DNA of 64,000 bases from Chrysomallon squamiferum (lineage: Eukaryota; Animalia; Mollusca). This document shows positions 56,500 through 64,000 of the stretch, piece by piece. How positions within the stretch are numbered: position 1 is the stretch's first letter; the number at the start of each line of letters is the position of its first letter. The stretch is taken from positions 22,816,001 to 22,880,000 of the forward strand of contig CM022672.1 of NCBI GenBank assembly GCA_012295275.1, in the 5' to 3' direction. The notes under the pieces are model-generated. The model did no database searches and was not told the origin of the DNA. It saw nothing but the letters and a program-made list of their open reading frames with translations. The position numbers and the translations under genes were made by a program.

Positions 56500-59400
56500 T
56501 ATGATTTCAATGTAAACATACTGACCTACTGACCAAAGTGGAAGACAAAAAATACATGTTAGTTTTGTTTTCATCCTAATGATAAGCTAAGATCAACCAG
56601 CAGAACTTTATTATTCCTACAAACAAGCATATTTAAAAAATTTTGTTACACTTTTTACTTTGTAAATTGGTGAGAATGTAATAATCTCTCAAATATATTA
56701 AAATTTATTTTAATTTGTAGAAAAATATTCCAATAAAAATATATTTTATTTTTTCAAATTGAAAACCTACCAGATAGGACTCCAAACTAGAGCACCAGAT
56801 ATTTTTAAAGGTGTCCAAATACCCATAACATCTTGATGTTTTCTTAGAAACATGAACTGGATGAATATTTAAAGCATAACTGAAATAATTTTGTCATGAC
56901 ATTTTAAAATGATGGCCTGATATAACAAGGTGAATCCTACAACATGAGAATCAAAATAAAATCTCAGCTTTATAGAGATTGGTAAATATTTTTCAGTTTG
57001 AGTTTTCACAGGTCTTTCAATGTTAAGCAAAACATAATAATAATAATAATAATAATAACAATAATAATGAAAATTATATATTTCTTAATGGAATTTAATA
57101 TGCAAACCAGGAATTATTTCATCATACTGAATGACAAATCATGAAAAACTAATAAAATTAAATCTCAAGTGCATGGACAACATTGACAACTTTGTCACAT
57201 AATATTTTGCATTAAGGACACAAACATCAAGTAGTATCACTCAGGCTCTAGTGAATCTTACTTTGTAAATATTTCTTATTAAATGTCTACAATACATTTA
57301 TTATTTTCTTTTCTTGCATGTCTCAAAAAATATATAAACAAGTGATCTTTTTATTCTCACAGCAAAGACATGATGTGCAGTGAGGAATAATTGTATTTAA
57401 TCTATATATATATCAACTAACATCAGTGATTATAATTTACTTCCAAAATATATATAGTAATCTGACTAGCTGAATTACGCCATTTTTCACGTTAAATGTA
57501 TATAGTTTATGCATACAGATTTGATAAAAAACCCAATATTCAAAAATTATAATGTAGTGAATGAGGTATCTTAAGAAAGACTATAGGTAACCACTTAAAA
57601 CTACTAGATCAGTACTGTGGATGTAACCATAACCATAATTATTACATGAGCAAAACATCTCATTATGGATCTAATTAGTATTCTGTATTTCAGTACAATA
57701 AAGTTTGCTCTTAAAAATTTTCAATTGCAATTGCCATAATGTCAGGTGTCTACTAGTATAATTGTTTCTTTAACTACTAAACCCAAAAGACCAGTGAGAG
57801 AACCTAAAAGGCCAATTCTCTGGCCTAACTATCAGATTCTTTTGAAAAACAATAACAAAAATCTGTTTCTCATAGTGTACCTGTACTTACTCTGAAGTCG
57901 AGTTGCTTTCAGAATCAAAAATGTTCATTGCTGCTATAAACATATAAACAGGATAGAAACTAACCAATGAGTATTTAAGATAAATAAAAGTGAAATTAAC
58001 ATTTATATTTTCTTAAGAAGAAGAATGAATGTTTAATGACTCTCCCCATGAAATTGAGACTGGCTTTTTGGGGGTGAGATACAGGTATTTGCCAAACCCT
58101 TTCAAAAGCATTCTGTATCAGTTCCTGGTATTCCTTCAAACCCCTGGCCAGTTGTGCTAAGCAATATTTTGATCAAAACTGAATCTGACCTTTCATTCTA
58201 CTTAAACAAGTCTTAGCCTGCAGTGATAATGCACAACAAATCCAGTCTAATATTATGAAATATATCCAAGTGACAATTGAGTGGTTTTATGTTTTTTTAT
58301 ATTTCTTTTATTATTTGTAGTCTTTTTAATGTCACAGACTAAAGTTTCTATGGCAGACATATTAAAATTACAATAATAAGCAATAAATATCTATGTATAT
58401 TTCAAATGGATTACTAAATAGTAATAAAATATTAAAAAAAATATATATATATATGCAATGAGATATAATAACTGGCAGTATTTTTCAATATGATCCATCA
58501 TAGAAAACCCCCAAAATAAAATATAATTTAAAAAAAAAAAAAAAAATGGTAGCAAAATGACAAAATGAATATCTAACAAACAAAAAAACCCAACAAACTA
58601 TACAAAGGAAAAATCTTTATAATACTTTAAAAACCAGTATTTCACTTTTATAACCATGCCATTCTTCAGAGACTAATATAGTGTGTGTGTGTATACAAAA
58701 CTATAGTTAAACTATTCATTATCTGAAATCCAACAAGCTTCTATTATCATTTTCATTTTAGTAAACTAATTCTCAATTTTATAATTGTAGCTATAGTTAT
58801 TTTAATTAGTGTACAATACAAGCTTTAGTGAATGTTTATGACCTGTCACCAAAGTTTCAGATAAGGGAACAATGAATGTGCATTAGCAGTTTGAAAGATA
58901 CTGAAAATTTGAAGACCCCACTCACAACCTGTAGAATGACAACACATTAGCAATTTAATTTTAATTTTCATGTAAAGCAGTTACAAGTGTGAAAACACCA
59001 CAAATTATTGAACAGTGACAGGAATACTAATACTTAAATAATTTGCTGAGCATCAACCAGAGTTCATACAGAATATCAGAATGGTCAGTTATTATTTCTC
59101 AGAGCAAAGACTGTTGTTTTAAAATGGTAAGTCTAGTATTTATCCTTATTTATCTAAGTTTTAGCTGTAAGTGTTAGGCTAGAAGTACAGTATATGCATA
59201 CTGAATCGGGTAAAGTTGGGTGCCTGGTAAAGTGATGACAATCTAACTGTAATTCTGTTCTCATGCATACCCAACATGATTACAGGCCAAATGCAATTGG
59301 GATTTTATTTTTATGTTTATAAATGTACCAAATCAAATTTAGAATGGCAAATGAATTACAAAAACAATGGCTGAAATGCAATAATTACAGAATGTTATAG

Positions 59401-59629
59401 CCTAGGTGATGTAGTTTTTGACATTTTCATAAGATAATTCAGTCCATATCATCAAATATTTTATTTTGGATAGTAAATTTCACTTGATAAATACAAAACA
59501 AAAAAGGATATACTATTGTTTTTCCAATGCAGAAAATAGGTTTAGATAATTTTTATATTTAAACAGACCAGGTCCTTTGGAAAAGGAAATTAAGATTTAA
59601 CACTGCATACAGGATTTAGAGCACATATT

Positions 59630-62600
59630 TTACAAAAGATTGTGTTTCTGTTTATATTTCAGTCTGGCGGATTCCAACATGGCTGCTTTCCTTTCCTCAA
59701 GCGACAACTGTCTTTCCTTCACATGTTTTGGAAAACTCTCTGCCTTGAATGTTAGTTGATTTATCTGAAAAGAAAGGTTACATTTATAAATGTCAATTCA
59801 TATATATAAACATATACAAACCACTCTTACATATTACCAGTTAAATCTGCTTAAATAATAAACTACCTGAATACAGAATGGCAGTTATTTGAACTGCAAA
59901 TGTAAAACAGGCTTAATGGTTATTTTGTAATAGTATTTATGTTTATTTTCTTTGCAACATACTTTTACAAGGTAGATATATCATCATAAAGTTTCTGCTA
60001 ATTACACAATTTCAAAAATCCAGATAAATCAAAGTTGGTCTGTAGAAGAAAAAAATTCATAACATTTACTGATCAAGTTTTCATAATTCAGATAATAAAT
60101 GTATTCTTACATTGTTGGCTATGTGATTACCGTCGTTAGTTTTTGGAGCTGCAGGTTTCTCTTCTGTAAATGGAACTCTGCCTTCAAGAATGTTAGTTAT
60201 AGTTATATCAACATCACAAGTAACCTCTGAAGAGACAGAAAAGCATAATCAAAACAACAATGTATTTACTAAAATACAAAAAATTCCCAGTGCTGAATTA
60301 TTATGAAATAATGATATGATGACTTTAAATGCCTTTAGTAAAATCTTTTTTTTTTAAATGTCTGATAATGGAAGACAGTTATTTATCAATGACATGTACA
60401 GATTAACAATCCCATGCAGACACCATCACTTTCTTACTTTGGAATATAATGTAATGCATGCACTTAAACAAGAAAAACACTAATTCGGTAATTGTAACAA
60501 TCCCTTCAAGTAATGATTTATTTATTTTTAAAGTTCCAACTATATCCTTAAATGTCAGCCTGAAAGAATAATTTAACAAAATAAAATAAACATTAATTAA
60601 CTCACTGATATCGTTCATTATTGCTGCTTCTGGTACATGGGGAAGAACTACGTGCACTTGGTCAATCATTTTCAGTAAATTGGCATCCACGGTTTCTTCT
60701 TTCACTTTTTTCTCTGGCTCGACATTCTTATCACTTTTCACCTCTGTTTGCTGAGCTGCAAACAGCACTAATATTTTAGAGTATTATGTAGATGCATACA
60801 AAAACATACAAATGATTTAATGTTTATTTAAATCTCACAAATCAGGGGTGGCAGTAAGTGTTAAGAAAAGATGGTAGTGAATGCAACTCCATTAAAAAAC
60901 ACTCACTGGAAGGTCTGATTGCAAATTTATACCCACAGACAATTTCCCATTATAACTAACTGTGAATTTTAAAGATCAATCAAAATGGTTTTTGATAAAA
61001 AAAAGATAAAAAAAGGGAGTTTGTGAATATGAGTTTGTTGACTATATTTGTCATGTTCTTACAAATTATATTTGGCATATCTATTATAAACATGTTTATA
61101 ATTTCTATTCATTTCTATAGCTAATTATTATCTGGTTGACAAAACCCATTTCTGTCATAACATGTAAAAAAAAAATCTTGCTAGTTTAATGAAAACAAAA
61201 TTACCACTCTGAGGAGCTGGTAAAAGATGCAACTTCTTTAAATATTCTTTCTTGTCTGAGCGAGTGAAATCAGTAAGTTTCAAATTGAGGGCTTTAGCCA
61301 AGTTGAGACGAACTCGCTCAGAAAACTCTTCTGTTGATTCATTTTCTTTTTTATCTGTCACTGGCAAAAATCTAGGAAAAACAAATAGGGAACATCTTTC
61401 AGAGATAAGAGTTGAGAGAATTTTCTCAAATGATAATCATACAGATACTGATATTTTAAAACTATCTTGCAACACTAAATCTTAAATTTGCCATTATTCT
61501 TATCTGAAGGTACAAGTTGTATAAGGAACAAAAATCATAAAAAAAACCAAGGGAACATTTCTCAGAAATAAGATGGGAGAGAAAGTTATAAAATAATAAT
61601 TATACAGAGACTGGTATGTTAAAACTATCTTGCAATGTTAAATCTTAAATTTGCCATTAATTTTACCTTAAGCTATAAACTGTATAAGGAACAAAAAGGC
61701 ACCAGAGCAGATCACATATCCAAGAACTCTGAATAACTGTCTGAAAAAGAGAAAATTGTAAAATATAAATAGATGAATTCTGAAGACCTTTAGCTGCTTT
61801 ACTTCACCGATTATAGAATGCTATGTTTTATTACATTTTGGATTTATATACTGCAAAATAGTGTTCAAATGTTCAGTTAGTTAAACCTAATACAGTGATA
61901 GATTTGTTTCCTCCAAGCAGCTATATCATAAGATTAATATATATAATTTGTAATCTATTTTTAATGAATTTTTTTGGTCAATATTTTCACTAAAAAACAA
62001 AACTTACTATATTAGTGTTAAAAATGTTTGGTCGGCTGACAGTAATACCAACCTGCAAAGAAAATGAGAGATTAATTAACAGTTATAAAATTTTAATACA
62101 GAAACTGATGTAGGAAGGATTTATATAAAAACATTAAAAAAAAAAAAATCATGTTAGTCTTGGTGTTTGTACATATGCATGCATTGTTTAATGGTATTAA
62201 ACAAACTTATTTCTGAAATAAAATTAATACATTAAGACAATTATCAAACATTTTGGACACATTTATGTAGTATTTATGAGAATTATCTAGCACAATAAAC
62301 ATATTCTTAAAAGAAATAATTAAATGTTTTGTTTTAAAATAAAAGAATCATACTTACAGGCTGAATGAGATGTTCTATATCAAAAGGCAAGATACTATCA
62401 AAGAAAGAAAGAAAAAAGAGAAGTATATATATTTAAAAAAAGAAATTAAACTATTCAAATAAATTATTATTAAAACAGAAAAAAGTAATAATAAAATAAA
62501 ACAAAATAAAAAATCAACCACGAAACAAATAATAATAATTAAAAAAAGAAGATATTTAGATAAATTATTATTAAAACAGAAAAAAAGTACTAATAAAATA

Positions 62601-63019
62601 AAACAAAAAATCAGTCACAAAAAAAATAATAATTAAAAATAAATAAAATAAAGAAGCTGTATGAAAACAGAAAGAAACAAAAATACTAATTTTTTACTTC
62701 GTATTTACAGATAACTACAGCATGAAATGCAAAATATATTAGTATCTTTTAACCTTTAAAATTTAACATGCTACTTGCTGCTGTTGTTTTTCTAACAAAT
62801 CAGTTTTAAGGGAAGAGGAACATGCATTCACTTACTTGAATTTTAAAAGTCCCACTCTTCCATTTGTTGTGGCTCTCTCAGGATAGAACAACATAGGAAA
62901 ATCAGATACTGAAAAAGTGAAAACATATTATTTGTATATTGATAATTACTTTGCTGTACTTTAAATAATTTTCTACACAAGTTAATTTAATTTGTAATAT
63001 CTGATAATCTACAAAGTAC

Positions 63020-63052
<33 letters not shown>

Positions 63053-63629
63053 ATAAAAAAAAAAAAATGTCTTACCCTCACAGAATGATTTAATGATATT
63101 TTTTATTTCTTCCTTGTTCTTGTCTCTTGGCAGCATTTTTAAACTTAGCAGCCATTCAAAAAATGGTGTTATTGGTCTGCTAATTGGCTGAGGAAAAATA
63201 ATAAAAGAAAAATCAATTCATAATTTTAAAACAGACTCATAGAATCACTGAGTCAAATCTGAGAGAATTTAGAAACATAAATAAAAAATTGCTATATTCC
63301 AAAAACAGCCTTTCTTAAAAAAAATAAAAAAAATAAAAATAAAAAATTTAATAGATTTAGCCGTTTTCAGTTAGCAAAGAGAAGAGAAAACGATAGTCTT
63401 TTATAAAAGAATAAACCACTATTGTCTTGAGCCAAACAGAAAATTAATGAAAAAAAAAGAAAAAGAAAAGTTTCTTACCATGAAATGTGGAATAAGAATA
63501 TCAGTTATAATGTGGTCTAAAAACAAAGTGTGGTTGGAAACCAGTATTCTGGCTCGTGCATCGTAATTTTCATCTCCCTCTGTGGTGAGAATTATTCCTG
63601 TCACTCCCAGCATCACTCGCAGAATCAGA
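59630..63629 (-). CDS. AUP1: Ancient ubiquitous protein 1 (lipid-droplet acyltransferase-like + CUE + G2BR), 3' part; 5' exons lie beyond the right edge
   Basis: Exons 63629-63479 (LVSNHTLFLDH, HX4D), ~63188-63076, ~62908-62836 (FYPERATTNGRVGLLKF), ~62394-62358, ~62052-62008, 61740-61667 (DLLWCLFVPYTVY), ~61371-61206, ~60755-60606 (CUE: QVHVVLPHVPEAAIMND), ~60226-60111 (CDVDITITNILEG), ~59764-59630 (ERQLSLEERKAAMLESARLKY…*). Confidence 0.92.
61385..61697. repeat. ~160-bp tandem duplication spanning an AUP1 exon 3' end and donor
   Basis: GGGAACAT…AAAACTATCTTGCAA…AAATCTTAAATTTGCCATTA…TGTATAAGGAACAAAAA occurs twice. Confidence 0.85.
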
Positions 63630-64000
63630 CTGAAATTAAGAAAACAAAAACATAACTCTGAAAGATAATCAAATACTCAGTTCATTGGTACTAAGTAGAT
63701 TTTTGGTTAAAATATAATTATCAAAACAAATACAGCTTCCATTTCAAATTCAGATTAATTGTTGATTTTTTAAATTTAACTAGCATTATTATTTGTAATA
63801 CAATTTCTTTAAATACATCACCAAAAAATATTTCATTTAAATAGCAATTGGTATTTGTAATACAATTTCTTCAGTTTCATATCTTTTTACTTTTTTTTTT
63901 TTTTATGGATTATCACAAACTCATAAATAATTTAATTTCTATATACCCTCTTATAAGCCATGTCTTTGGCAAGATGACTGAGACCAATATTGCATGAAGG

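Overview
AT-rich, intron-containing animal genomic DNA, not prokaryotic. The repeat families look gastropod/mollusc-like from recollection (low confidence). Exon-by-exon reading gives eight spliced protein-coding genes: beta-TrCP (5' part, -), RPP30 (+), a divergent iRhom-like rhomboid pseudoprotease (-), a macrodomain mono-ADP-ribosyltransferase PARP14/15-like gene (-), MCMBP (-), eRF1/ETF1 (-), PSTK (+) and AUP1 (3' part, -). There are two head-to-head promoters (bTrCP/RPP30 and ETF1/PSTK), transposon remnants (Tigger-like, Sola-like), tRNA-derived SINE pieces and microsatellites. Most notable: (1) the macro-PARP ends in a CaaX box (KCTVM*), has a reading-frame break between its two macrodomains and an internally duplicated first exon; (2) a U12-type intron in MCMBP apparently has AT-AT ends; (3) the iRhom-like protein lacks the GPx signature; (4) ETF1 and PSTK, which act on opposite outcomes of UGA decoding, share a divergent promoter, with uORFs in the putative ETF1 leader. 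Gene models are manual predictions without transcript support.
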